Made by a program: the position numbers and the translations under genes
Part shown: one piece after another, positions 13,104 to 25,810 of the stretch
How positions within the stretch are numbered: the stretch's first letter is position 1
Layout: each line of letters opens with the position of its first letter
NCBI RefSeq assembly: GCF_037042905.1
Contig: NC_087251.1
Location: 46,688,001-46,752,000 of the forward strand
DNA from: Lytechinus pictus
Lineage: Eukaryota
DNA: 64,000 bases
Direction of reading: 5' to 3'
The notes under the pieces: generated by a model
Told to the model about the DNA's origin: nothing
The model's input: the letters and a program-made list of their open reading frames with translations, nothing else
Databases searched by the model: none

Positions 13104-14719
13104 AAAATATTGCAGAAAGAAAGATTTTGAATATTGTTTAAATTTATATTCAGAGATTCAAAATTTTAAGCAAAATTTTAAAGACATCGTACACTTAATT
13201 TGAAGTATATGGGTTAGGCCTATATTTTTTGTACAAACGTTATCCCCTGCTTCCACAAAGATGCCATGATAAGACCCCCCCCCCCTCCCTTCACATTCAC
13301 GCCAGAGTATACGATAAAAATTGTTGTGATTGGTATGTTATCAAAATAATGTTATAACCCAAGTCATTGGAATCATACAATTTATAAATGGAGTCATAGT
13401 ATCATGATGCAGCGGATATAACGTTTGCAATAAAAGCCAAACATAAGGATTTGTCATGGCCAAAATTAAGATTGAGTGTGGGAGCGGAGAGAATTTATAA
13501 ATTTTGCGTTTTAAGAATGTAAAATTTATAAATTTTGCGTTTTAAGAATGTAAAATTGGGCAAATCAAAAACTTTTAGTGCAACAAAGGATGAATCCACG
13601 AGTTGATAGTAATTAATCAGATGATTTTCTTAATTTCTTGAAAAGTTGGGGGAGATGATTGTACATGCCATCCGCTAGCTCTCCGAATCTGGGGGGGGGG
13701 GTGGGGGTATATCCGCAACCCCTGGAGTTACGCCCGTGGAAAGAAGAGTTTCTTTATATAGCATTATGGTTGTGAGGGGTATATAGGCCTTATGTGAAAA
13801 AAGAGAGAGGGAGGGAGGGAGACGTACAGATGTCAGCCTGTCATCATATAAACTGAGCCCCCCTCGGTAGATATCGTCAAGAAACAACCCTTTCATACTT
13901 CATAATAGAGCGCCTCTTCCGCCATCGCTCCCATCCTCTGGATTATGATCCCGGATTATGAGAAATAATTTCCAACCCATATTAAACTGCACTCCATCAA
14001 TTTGAAAATATAAATCGTTGATTAATGTTAGTGTGATTAGCGTGTACATGAATTCGACCGTATATTGTGGTAGATGTGTAAGCAACAATTTGACAAAAGT
14101 TCTTCGAAGAAATCCATAAGCTGCCCCATTAAACCTCGTGTCCCCGAAAAGATAGATCGATCGGGTATATCCGTGAAAAGATATTCCTCCAAATATAATA
14201 CATTTTCTTCTTATAATATAGGGATTGATCCGCAGGGGTTATTAGGTATCACCGACTTCCTGTGATTTTTCAAGAGGTGAAAACTTTTTTAATGGAAAGG
14301 AGAGAAAAAATATGGGGAATGTGCAGTTGTTACCCTATACAAAATATTAATTAAATAAGGAAACACATTTATGCCGCCTCAGCAAGCTCCGAATGGAGGA
14401 TTTGTGAAAGGTATTGCATTATGCATATCTAATTGCTTGAAAGTGAGAGAAAATTAAAAATATATATCATGAAATACAGTTTAACATGCAAACCAGTCTA
14501 CTCTCTTCCAAATTATGCAAAGCTTACAGCTATTAAAAAAGTCATAATCATGATTTTCATGTCTAATTAGGCCATTATGTTTTCGACCTTAATTATTACA
14601 CTTTTGAAGGCAAATATAATGTTAACATTTAATACTAATGATGTTCATCATTCGCATGATTAGATCTTCAGTTTATTTCGCTCTGAATGATACCATCACA
14701 TGCTTAATTAAATAATCTT
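13104..14719 (+). repeat. Second copy of a local direct segmental duplication (first copy = 1-370 plus 4338-5580)
   Basis: Colinear high similarity with small indels; carries the empty site TTAAGATT at 13466-13473. Confidence 0.95.
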
Positions 14720-15410
14720 GTGGTTTATTTTATTTTCCTCTATGATTTATCGTGGATTTACGCAAAAGAGAGAATATCAGAAATGATTCTGAATCTGAGC
14801 CTCAAAAAGAAAGAGGATTAATTTCTTTTTAGAGAATCTGTTCTTTATATTACCTCTTCAAAAAAATTATACCGCGTGGCGTAATGAAGACTTTTATGTC
14901 AAAATTGTGACTTTTTGAGCTTCTGGATTACTCCTTTTTACTTTGAAAGATTGACAGTCTGCAAATGATGTGTTTTTGGTGAGAATATTATATACGAAAT
15001 GGGTGATAGTTTATCAAGTTTACTAGTCTCTATCTACCAATCATTTCAAGTTATTTCTTCGTCTTCGGGAAATTAACAATTTATAATTTGAACAAATTGT
15101 GGGATTATTAAAAACATAGGGCCTCCGATATATTTTGATTATTTAGTAAAGATCTAAATATTCGCACAAAATAGAATTGTTCTATTAGGGACGGATTTGT
15201 ATAGGGTAACACTTTCCTAGTGGTAAAACAATATCTATCTATCTATCTATCTGAATAAACCTATACATCTAGAATAATCCATCTTGATCATGAAAACAAA
15301 CGTTAGGGGCGCAGTATACCGGTACGCAATTATTTCTGATCCAGCCTGCGGTTTTCGCCTTCAATTTATTTTCGGATTTACTTTTGCACTTTTGCGTGGA
15401 AAAAGAAACG

Positions 15411-15438
15411 ATGGACATTACAGGCACAGCGTCATCAG
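15411..15438 (+). CDS. ZNRD2: Candidate first coding exon of ZNRD2 (MDITGTASSG)
   Basis: ATG followed by CAG|GTCAGA phase-1 donor, matching the phase-1 acceptors at 18657 and 19922; preceded by a CpG-containing promoter-like stretch. Confidence 0.5.
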
Positions 15439-15691
15439 GTCAGAAATTTTTCAGGAATTTACTGCTAAATTTATTGTGCACTGGAAGCTTAAAAAAATGG
15501 GTGTCTATTCACAACACAGGTGCATGTGGCCATTGCCTTTGGCGGCGCGTGCAATTATGATGCACATAATTCTATTGCGGATATCACAATTTCGTGATAT
15601 TGTAATTGGAATTTCATAGGAGCGAAATCCCCGGTTAGGATATTGATTGTAGCTCAGTCATATTTGGCTTGCTTCTTCTTCTTCCTTTGAG

Positions 15692-17540
15692 TATGATGGG
15701 GTGTCCAAACTTCGCGGACTTTTCAAAAATATTCATCAGGCTTTAATTTGTTCACCAAATATTCAATCATAATTTATACAAAACCAATTCAACTTCAAGA
15801 AATGGTTACCACATTGATGGCAAGAAAGCCAAGATCGTAAACTAGTATAATTAAAATCATGGACGAAAATGTAAAGGTAGGTAAAGGGGTTTTGCCGGTA
15901 TCGCGATCTCAAAATTCTATTCCGATCGGCCAAGAGCACTCACATGTATTGCGAGGTTAGTATTAGTATACTAACCTCACACCACGAACCGCGTTTGGCA
16001 GTGGATTTCTAACTAGTGGGTCGCGCGTGCTGGGATCTCACTTCTTGGGTCCACAACACACGACTTCTATGGCTTGAAGTATGGACACGCGCGAAGTTTG
16101 GACTCACTGCCATACAATCCTCTTTGTAGAGTAACTATAGTCGTACTTGAGTTGTTCTTGGGTGATGCCAGAGATGTGTATGGTGGTGTGACTAGCCAGG
16201 CGGCTTCTAGAGAGTAAAAATCATGTACTAACGTAAGGTCACTCTCATACGAAGCCAGGGCTTCCGTCATATACTTTTGCGTGTACCACCAAAAAACCTG
16301 AAACTTTCGCCCCCGAAATTTCTACTTTCTTTCTAAATAGTGTGTGACTGGAACTCGCTACCAAATGAGGTTGTCTCTGCTCCATCTGTAAATTCCTTCA
16401 AAGCCAGGCTTGATAAGTTCTGGAATAAAGAATGGTACAGTCACCCTTGGGAATGATTTGATTTGATTTGACAAAAATGATTGCAAATGCACCATGTACA
16501 CTGGACACTGTCACACATATTATACATGTGGAAGAAGATTAAACTTGGACGAAAGCTAGACCTGGAAACTTGGCTGCAGCTTTCTGCATTTTTCCAGTAC
16601 ATCCGGTAATAATAAAGGTAATAAAAGGTAATAAAAGATTTAGCCCTAAATCATGTACATGGGATAAAACTTCATTTCCGACATTTCTACGCTCTCGTTG
16701 TTATTTTTGAACAAGAATTCATCAAAAAAATGAGAGAAATATTGTGTAAAGACGGAAGAGACTTGCCCGATGTTTACGCCGCCATCTTGTTTCCTATTGT
16801 TCTTCGCCAACGTTACAGACGTTGAGAGTGACCTTACGTTAGTAAATGATTTTTACTCTCGAGAAGCCGCCTGGCTAGGTGTGACCTTATTACGCGCGGG
16901 TTTTAACCTAATTTTGCGCATGATCGAATATCTCAATAATCTAGTCAAATTCAAAATCTTGAAAAACTGATATTACCAACAGAAAAAACGACTCGAAATT
17001 ACTCGGTATAGATCTAGACCCTAACAGTGTACTATTTTCTCAAGGACTAAGCCTAAGGGCTCAATTTGTGAAAATATTGGCAAAACATCGGCAAATTTTG
17101 TTAGCTTTTGCGTCCGCTCCGACAAAAATCTGAACTTCTCAACAAGCATCAAGAAATTGCCAGTTTGCAAGCAGAGGTCTCCAAATAAATAAATAAAATG
17201 TGATATCAACCAAATTTATGGCATTTTAACCTCCATCTGATATAATTATCTTACCTTTGTCTACCTGATTTGGTTTCTAAAGTTGCAAAACGATCGTGCG
17301 CAATTTTTTAATGACACTTTCAGCTGAGCGCGCACTAGTCGATCGCTATGGTATTTTGACTGAGATCGCGATAGAGATGCCAGCTAAACCCTTGACCTAC
17401 TTTATAATTCCATCAAGCAAATTTGACTTTGGATCTTGGCTTCCGTTTGGTATTTATGATTTTGGCTAATTTTGTATGAACTGTGAGAAATTTTTGATTG
17501 AAAATCAACTTCATGATAATTTTTAAAACCCCATCATTCA
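15692..17540. mobile_element. Older DNA transposon with degenerate long TIRs, hosting the hAT MITE
   Basis: 15692-15950 aligns loosely with the reverse complement of 17320-17540 (ATGATGGGG, AAGCCAAGATC, GTAGGT, TATCGCGATCTC blocks). Confidence 0.55.
16193..16877. mobile_element. Non-autonomous hAT-type MITE
   Basis: About 55-bp TIR TAGCCAGGCGGCTTC...; 8-bp TSD GGTGTGAC at 16185-16192 and 16878-16885. Confidence 0.88.
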
Positions 17541-17840
17541 ATGCAGTGCACGTGACTGTTTTGGTATAGACTATCCACAGCACTCTTCCAGAATCTTGGG
17601 TAAAAAGTAAAGTCTAAAGTAAAGATAGTCTAGACTCAGCGCTGTTTGAAACTTTACCTGTTTTGAAATCAAGCAATGTTAATAATTGGCTTTGGTTTTC
17701 GAATTGAAAAGTGCCAGCTTAATCAGGTTAATCTGCTCAGCTCATTGTGAAATTTGTCATTATCACTTCTCGTGTGTGTACGGTGTGTGCGCTGTGAACA
17801 ATGTCATGACACGAAATTCCAAGTGACAAAGCTGTGTATT

Positions 17841-18198
17841 CAGTAAGAGGCGCACGGCCAATTTGGGAGACTCTCCCATGTGGGAGATTATCTCCAATAG
17901 ACAGAGACTTTTGTAAAGAGTTGGGTATCCAATTTCAGAGAGTCTCCAGTTTGGGAGACCAATTTCCTCATGAAAAATTCCCCCTTTTCACTGTCTACTT
18001 TTGTTTTGATAAGGATTTTTGTTGTTATCCACACACAAAACAAATGGGCTTCTGACCTCAGCGAGACAAAATTTTGGATGGAAAAATTTATGTTCTTGTT
18101 GGTGTTGTTTCTTTTGTCCTTTTACAAAGTAAGTCTCCGATATGGGAGATTGTTTCCCATATTGGAGAGTCTCCCATAATGGCATTGCGCCTCGACTG
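17841..18198. mobile_element. Small MITE with imperfect TIRs
   Basis: CAGT..GCGCA..TGGGAGACTCTCC at the left end and its reverse complement at the right. Confidence 0.6.
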
Positions 18199-18656
18199 GT
18201 AATATAAATTTGAAAAGGAAAATCATTGAATGGATTAAGAGAATGATTGTGGGTTTGATTGTAACAAAGATAATTACAAATTGGATGGAATTCCTGCATT
18301 TCAAAAGTGACAAATATTTTAGACATTGTTGATTTTTCAGGAAATTTCAACAAAATCAGGAGTATGGAAGGGCACGTTGACATCAATAGAATTATTAGAA
18401 AGCACGCTCTTTGTTTTTAGTTTATCCTTATAGCTGTGTAGAAAATTTATGTTTTTAGTTTTCATTCATATTCTGAGCATGAAATCTTTGTTAGTAAATT
18501 CAAACTGCAAAAGATAAGTATCGAGGAACTATGCTGGAGGATATATGTTAGCTTTGTCCAATGGGGATATGTGAAAATGAGACTTCACTGTGAGTGTGAA
18601 ATATACTTCTTAAGTAATAATCTACTACTCTCTGTCTCACTTTGCCTATGATAAAG

Positions 18657-19061
18657 GTGACATGAAGAGAAACATGGCTGCCGTAAACCAGATGGCGGTA
18701 GACATGATTGTCAATCAGCGTGCCCTCCCATACTCACGAGGAAACCGCTCCATCAGGCCCAACGGCCGCAAGTACAACTCCTACACCCCCGAAATGCGCA
18801 CCCGCATCGCCAAGTACGCGATGGTGGCGGGAGACCTGGAGACGGCGCAGCACTTTAGCCGTGAATTGGGACACAAGGTGGCGGTCACCAGCGTGTGGCG
18901 ATTCCGAAAAGCCTACACCAGGGAGTTGAAACGGATCCACCAGGAAGGGGCCATGTACCAACCTAATTTGTACATTTCGGGGGAGAGGCGACAGGGAGGG
19001 CATCGGAGGTTTGTCGGAAGGAGTCGAGATGTGGAAATCAATATTGCCCCTGTTGAACAAG
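18657..19061 (+). CDS. Intronic exon encoding a pogo/Brinker-like helix-turn-helix DNA-binding domain (cassette exon, or terminal exon ending at the stop at 19084)
   Basis: Open frame RKYNSYTPEMRTRIAKYAMVAGDLETAQHFSRELGHKVAVTSVWRFRKAYTRELKR; pyrimidine tract plus AAG acceptor at 18656; AAG|GTGCAT donor; 405 bp, phase 1-1; GC-rich codons. Confidence 0.65.
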
Positions 19062-19921
19062 GTGCATCATTCAGAATTGATTGAGGATTAGGATGCCCTA
19101 TTGCCGCAGAGGGGGGGGGGGAGGGGAGGCTAGGGCTTTTGGCCATTTCTCCCTTTAGAACTTTGAATAATTGTGCTCTGAAATGGTGTTAGATCAGGTT
19201 AGATTGGACATTAAATTCAACTTGCGTGTCCTGTCTCTGAACATAAATTCGAGTTGATCATTATTTAGATTTTTATGTTCTCTGTAATTAATGGAGTTGA
19301 ATACACGCTGTTCACTTCCAGCAACTCATTTTCATTAAGGAACTCGTACATGGTATACTTTGATTTCCCTACAACTCTAAAATACAAATACTTTTTTGTA
19401 CTGATACCTGGTTCTGTGTACCTTATTTGGTACAAGTGAATCTCTATGAATTGCAAGATGATATGATGTCATGAAATTTTACATGTTGAATTTTGAAAGG
19501 ATGTTGAAGTTTAAAAAGCTACATTCGTAAAATAATTTGAAGAGGATTGAAAACTCTTAAAAGTAAATATATGAAATGTGTAGATCTTCCCAAAGAAGAA
19601 TTTCTAGGTCATTCAGATATCTTCTATTTTCAATGGATATTTGATTTTCATGAAGTTAACTTCCTTCAACTTTTTCTTTTTTTTTTCAATTTCCCACCTT
19701 TTTTTCTATTGCTGTCACTACTTTTTATTTCTTGCATTGAGATTTCTTATCTGTATTCTTTGCATGACTATTTTCTCCTATTTATTCGCATTCTTGTAAA
19801 ATGCTCTTACTTCTGCCTTCCCATTTCTTCATCAATATTTTGTATCTTCCTCAGTCTATATTGATCAATGCTTATCTAACTGTGTCTGTTTTGTTTTCTG
19901 TCTGTTTGTCTATGTGAACAG

Positions 19922-22213
19922 GCCTTGGCGATCAGATGGATCTTGGGGCAGACTGCGACTGGACCCCTCCCACGGAGGCCGAGATGAAAGTAATCCAAGC
20001 GAAGAAAGAGAGGTCAGATAAGATCAGTAAGCTGATGGGAGATTACCTCCTGAAGGGATACCGCATGCTTGCCACCACCTGCTCGCTTTGCGGGGTGAGT
20101 GCACTTTTATACCAAATGAATAGAATGAAATGGTCATTATGTAATATATATGTTTGTTGCATGTTTTTGTTACAGTGTAATATTGACATCTATCATCTTT
20201 ATGTACCCTGTATCTTGTTCACAAAAACCATTATTTTGGTTTTATATCAATGGCAGCCAATGGTTTAATTTTTTTTCATTGTACAAAAGAGTGCTATAAA
20301 ATTGAAAGAATAAAGGCCCTTTTAGAAAAAATGATTCTAAGATAAAGCTGAATGGGAGAAAATAAGATATTTGCTGAAAATCTAGCATTGTTATGTCTTG
20401 TTAAGTTCTTTATTTAGTATTCCTGATTTCAGTGGATGCACAAGCTTAGAATAAACAATTATTAAATGTAATGAATAAGTCTGCCAATTATTTGTAAATT
20501 TGCACTCGGTCCTTGGTCTGCTTCTGCAGAAAGAAGTAAAAATATATTTGCCACAGTTGCAATTGATATATCAACTGGATTTGCAACTGAATTTTTTGCA
20601 ATCAAATGCAAATATTTTCAGATAGTTGGATAGCTAGGAGACATCTATCATTGAATACTGTATTCAACCTTTAACTTGTATCCTTTCTGTCACCATATAC
20701 AGACAATCCTACTAAGAGACAAGCAACAGAAGGATTATTGTGTGACTTGCAATGAACTCGCTACAGAACATGCCAAGGATGACCCAGGTCAGTTTGTCAC
20801 TTTCTCATTTTTAATGACCAGGGCCCCATTTCATAAACATTACCGTTATGGTAGCTCTGCCATCCAATAGTAATTCCCATAGAATCCTTGATTTTGATTG
20901 GTTGTAAAGCAATGTTTCCGTGGTAGTTACCATTGGATGGCAATGTTACTATGATGGTAACTTTTTGTTAGGAATGGTCCTGGGTGAGTGGTGTGTGTGT
21001 GGGGGGGGGGGGGGGGGGAGGTTCCCTGAAAAAAAAATGACAAGGAAGAAATACTACTGTACTGCACTGTCATAAAGCAAAGTTGTGTTTATTTTTTAGA
21101 GCATCTGTAACAAAACAGTGCTGTAATGCATACATTTGCTTTTACATTACCAATTGTTTTGGAAAACTGAATGATCTTTATACTATCACTTTGACAAGGC
21201 TGGAAGATATGGAAGTCCCATGATGCACATTGCACTGGGAAGGGAAAATGCAAACCTCATATGACAATGACAACATTAGCTGGGACTGGAGCATATTAAA
21301 CAATGCAGCATCTCATTCACTACCTAAAGATTGAAGTTCAGCGTGGCCATGATTTGATTACTGCGAATGAAAAAGCTCTACGTTGGGCCAGGTCATGGGT
21401 TTGTATCTGATCGATTTGTTTAGATGTCAGATACAAAAACAAAAAGTGTTTTACAGACTCTGAAAAGCTAAGAACTGCAGATACTGTCTTTGAATACCTC
21501 ATAGAGTTTGGTTGAACCATGATGCTACGATCATTCCAATGAAACCAACTCCAAACTGACAGATTGTATGTCATTGGAAATAATAAATTTGGTCTGTCTA
21601 GAGTATGTTTTGCCAGTGTGACTGGCATCATCATCATTAAATGTATCTTTTTGGCATTCTCTTGACAGCTCTGAGTGCAGAAGCAGCAAGATCTCAGGTC
21701 AGGGAGCATGAACTGGTAAGGGCCTCACCGTCATCCTCGTCCTCGTCATCAGGTACCGGCGGTGCTGCCTTGTCTAACACCGATGACCGGTCCATCACCA
21801 TCACCAATGTTTGTTCGGTTCCTGAGACCCTCCGCACCCTCCAGCTCCAAGGAACCGCTTCCACAACTGCTCAGAGAGTCCAGCAGCAGCAGCAGGCGTC
21901 CCACACCCCGTCACCACCGCCGCCGCCTCCTCCAAATCCCCAAGCCACCGTCCTCCCCCAGACGGCTGGCTCGTTGATGAACAATGCTGTCGCCAGTACC
22001 AGCACGATAGGTGCACCGGGGGTCCGGCCTTGCGGGAATCGGAACACGAGGGTAAGCCTAGTGATTGGGCAGACAGTGGACTCGGTCTTGGACAAGCTCA
22101 CATGGGCAAGTGCGGAGCTCAGGAAGAGCACGAATGTTGAGTCCTGCACTCAGTTGTGCAGGCTCATCCAGGCCTGTGCTGATGCTTTGGACAGTTTGAA
22201 GGAGACGGATTAA
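19922..22213 (+). CDS. ZNRD2: Zinc ribbon domain-containing protein 2 (SSSCA1 / Auto-anti-p27 homolog), core exons 19922-20094, 20703-20787, 21669-22213
   Basis: WTPPTEAEMKVIQAKKERSDKISKLMGDYLLKGYRMLATTCSLCG|TILLRDKQQKDYCVTCNEL...KDDP|ALSAEAARSQVREH and C-terminal KLTWASAELRKSTNVESCTQLCRLIQACADALDSL; GT-AG introns with consistent phases; AATAAA near 22225 and 22430. Confidence 0.93.
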
Positions 22214-24967
22214 AACTGAAGAAAAATAAACATTGAAAGACTTTGTATCTTCCTGGTAACCATTGTATGGGGGGAATCAAACAAGTTTGCTGTCAGTGTA
22301 AAGTATCTTTGTGTCTAGATGTTGTATCAATCTGACAATATAAGACGTAAATTCAACATTTTCATCTTGTTGACTTTAGATGTCACTGTTTCTTTTTTAC
22401 CGTTGGTGTCACAACTACTATGCTAAAAGAATAAATTGTAACTTACTATGTACATGTATTTCAGGCAGAATCAACAGATTCATATTATAGGTAGTGTAAC
22501 TGTACATTGCACTATTGCACGATTGTAAATAACACCACAGGTCAAGGTCAGACCTAGTTCAGATGTCGAAAGGTCAATGAATCTTTCTTTATTAATTCTC
22601 GCTACCCCAAATAGGAACAAAAATCTCATAATGCGCGAGACGAGATAATTTTCACTCCGTCGGGTCGTCATCACCACTTCCGGTTCAAAGTCATGCTCGC
22701 GCGAGGTTCGCGATACTGAGTTTTCCACCACGCTGAAATCGATGCCAATCAGCGTAATATGTACAGATTATAATACTTTTTATTTAATTTGGTCAGTTTT
22801 GATTCCATTTGAATTATAAATAAAAATGAAAAATATATTTCACGTGAAAATAATTTTTATTCATGTTTTTATCTGGTTATAAAAAAGTAAACAAAAAATG
22901 AATATCTTACAATTTTGCATTTAGCGACCGGCCTGACATCACGATCGTATTTGACTAGACGCTAAATATATAAAGCATTCATTCCGTTCAATTTTTCGTC
23001 GACCACAAAATGGATAAAAAATCAGTTTCGGAACTTTAAAAAATCTTAACTGACAGAGGAATATAAAGGCCGTTAAACTGTATCGTGAAAGAGAGGGTTG
23101 TGATCACGAACTTTCTGAGCGAAGCGACGTTGTGTTGTTGTGCATGACAGCACTGTTGATCTGAATGGCAAAACAGTGCATTGGACTTCCGAACAGGAAG
23201 TTGTAATACCGCAAAGCTATCCCATAATGCAATGCACGTTACAGGGATTTTTCCCGGATCTCGGCGAAATCGCTATTTGGGGTAGCGAGAATTACTGTTG
23301 TGCAATAACTTTCTTCAAATTTGAGGCAAAAATCACAAAACATATTCAAAAGTTGCATCCTCTGGAGGCTTATCAATTTTGAAAATTGAATTGAAAATTG
23401 GCAATGCCGTTAACTCATTGAGTGCTTCGTGCACGCTACGTATCCTACTATAACATGCCACACTCGTGCTCGCACGCCTACTATTGATTGCTTTGTGCTT
23501 GCATTGTTTCCTACCCTCGCCTGCTTCGTGCATGACTGCGCACATTAGGAATTACAATCATTGTTACGCCGTTTTGCGTTGTATTGCGCATCGCATGCAC
23601 GCCGTAATTAGCACTATTGTGTGCAGTGCGAACTCTGCTTTCTGACAGATCAACTTTCGCGGTTTACATTCGACTTTTTCGAGTATTTCTACATTTTTTA
23701 CAAGATATAGGCTCCGCCTCCGAGAGGAAAGAGACCTAGGTTTTTTTATCCATACAATACACTCCACAAAATGGAACTACTTGATAAAACTCATATTTTA
23801 GCGGTAAAGATAATAACCAATCCATATAAAGAGGACACCATTATTAAGGGTAATGAAATTTCCTACAACTTTACTACACAATATTTTGTGGATAAACTAA
23901 TCGTTAGAGAGTTACAAGCAATTGTAATCATGACTATTGAAAAGAGTGAATACGACTCGCGATCCAAAAATCAATGTGGCACAGGGGGGTTTTGTGGCTG
24001 GCACAGGGAATTAGCATCGGATTAGCACTGTGGCGTTGGGTTAGTAGTGTGTATGGCATGTTAAGAGTTAAATGGTGAACACCATCCTCATACACAAAAG
24101 CTGATAAAAATGGTCGTTCTTGACAGATGGGCGATGTACTTGTATGCAAGTTCATATCATAGATCACACAATTACCTTCAACTTGATAATGTGTATGCAA
24201 TGTAATGCCCCAAGTCTGGACAGTCTCCCATGCATCTGTGCAATTTTAATTAAAGACGACATACAACTGCAAACTCTACATTTGCAATACAGAGACAATT
24301 ATGGATGAAAATATCCATTACAAATTTCAAAAATCTCCTGCAAAAGCCTCAAAATGCAGTTCTCCTCACCAAACCTTTTTTTTTAAATCTCAATATGACA
24401 GACTTGTTTTTCATAAAAAGGAAAAAAAAATATATAATTTTGATATTTTTTGCACACTTTTCAGAGCATAAGGTACAATATTAAATGAAGCTTCGTGAAA
24501 TATTAAATATATTCTATTTCATGCTTCTGGGGGCCAATTTGTCAAGAGTGGTAATTTTCTGTCTTAAAATATAATATAATGGAAATTTGTATCGTGACGT
24601 TCTGATTGCATGATTTCATACATTTATTATAAAAAAAGTAATTCAATTTTCAAGGGCTAATGTTAAGATATTATTGAATATTATGTTTTAAATTCACCAA
24701 AATATGAAGAAGAATTTATTGATACTCAACTGACACCTCTTATACCACCCATGACTCAACTCATTGATTTTGAAGACATGAATTCCATTTTTCCAAGTTC
24801 TAGCAAGTACTATAGGGTTGAAAAGAAATTGATGTAAGTGAATGCATGGCTAATAAGCTTGCTATTCCTCACTTAGTAAAGATATTGAGGGATTCTTGTC
24901 AAAGATACCAGTCTTTTCTTTTATTTACATGAGAAAGAACCTTGTTGTTGCATGTTTGTTTGTATTC

Positions 24968-25810
24968 ACCCTAAATAGACTGGGCAAATTCGATGCCTAA
25001 AGAAGACTGAGGGGGGGGCTGATTCAGCCACCCCTTTGTGATCTCAGCTGTCGATCCTGCGATCGCGATGAAAATTGGCACGCACGTTACCCATGGCATA
25101 ATCTACAAAACTACAAGATAAAATTCTGTGAAAAATCTCATTGCTAATTTATGCATAAATAAATTAATTAACTATATAATGCCCCTAGAATGCTTATTTT
25201 TGGTTCCTGGACTCTTGATAGGAATCTGATCAAATGTACTTTTTTTAAATTTCAACATCACATTTTTTCTTTTTTTCTTTGTTTTTTTTCGATGGAAATT
25301 GTCGGGTACTTTATTTTGACCACAAACAAGACAAAATTAATGTATTTTAATCAGTAAAAGGAAAAATGATACATTTATGAATTTTGGCTAAAAACACCAT
25401 TTGCATTGGATTTGTACACAAATTTTATGTTTTTGAGCAATTTTGGGTCTGCATACACTTACGAAATGTTGCGTAATTTCGGAACCGCGTACCCGGGGAT
25501 CGCAATTTTGGTCTAAAAAGTTGTGGGAGACTTGGAAGTAAAAATATTTTGCGAGTGACGCGGTCAAAAAAATTTGCGCGGTGGATTTATTGCGAAAAAT
25601 ATTGAGTCAGCCCCCCCGTCTTATTAGGCTTAATGAGAAAGTAAACTTATTTATTTCAAGATCATCATACTGAATCAGCCCCCCCCCCATCTTTTTAGGG
25701 TTAATGAGAAAGTAGACTTATTCATTTCAAGATCATCATACTGAATCAGCCCCCCCCCCCCCATCTTTTTAGGGTTAATGAGAAAGTAAACTTTATTTAT
25801 TTCAAGATCA
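24968..25810. mobile_element. piggyBac-like MITE followed by tandem duplications of its right end
   Basis: CCCTAAATAGAC at left, GTCTTATTAGG-TTAA at right; three tandem copies of TCAGCCCCCC...TAGGGTTAATGAGAAAGTA...TCAAGATCA at about 25605-25810. Confidence 0.55.

Noticed and set aside
15859..15880. Alternative ZNRD2 first exon MDENVKVG with a phase-1 donor
   Set aside because: It lies within the degenerate TIR of a transposon; 15411-15438 is the better candidate.
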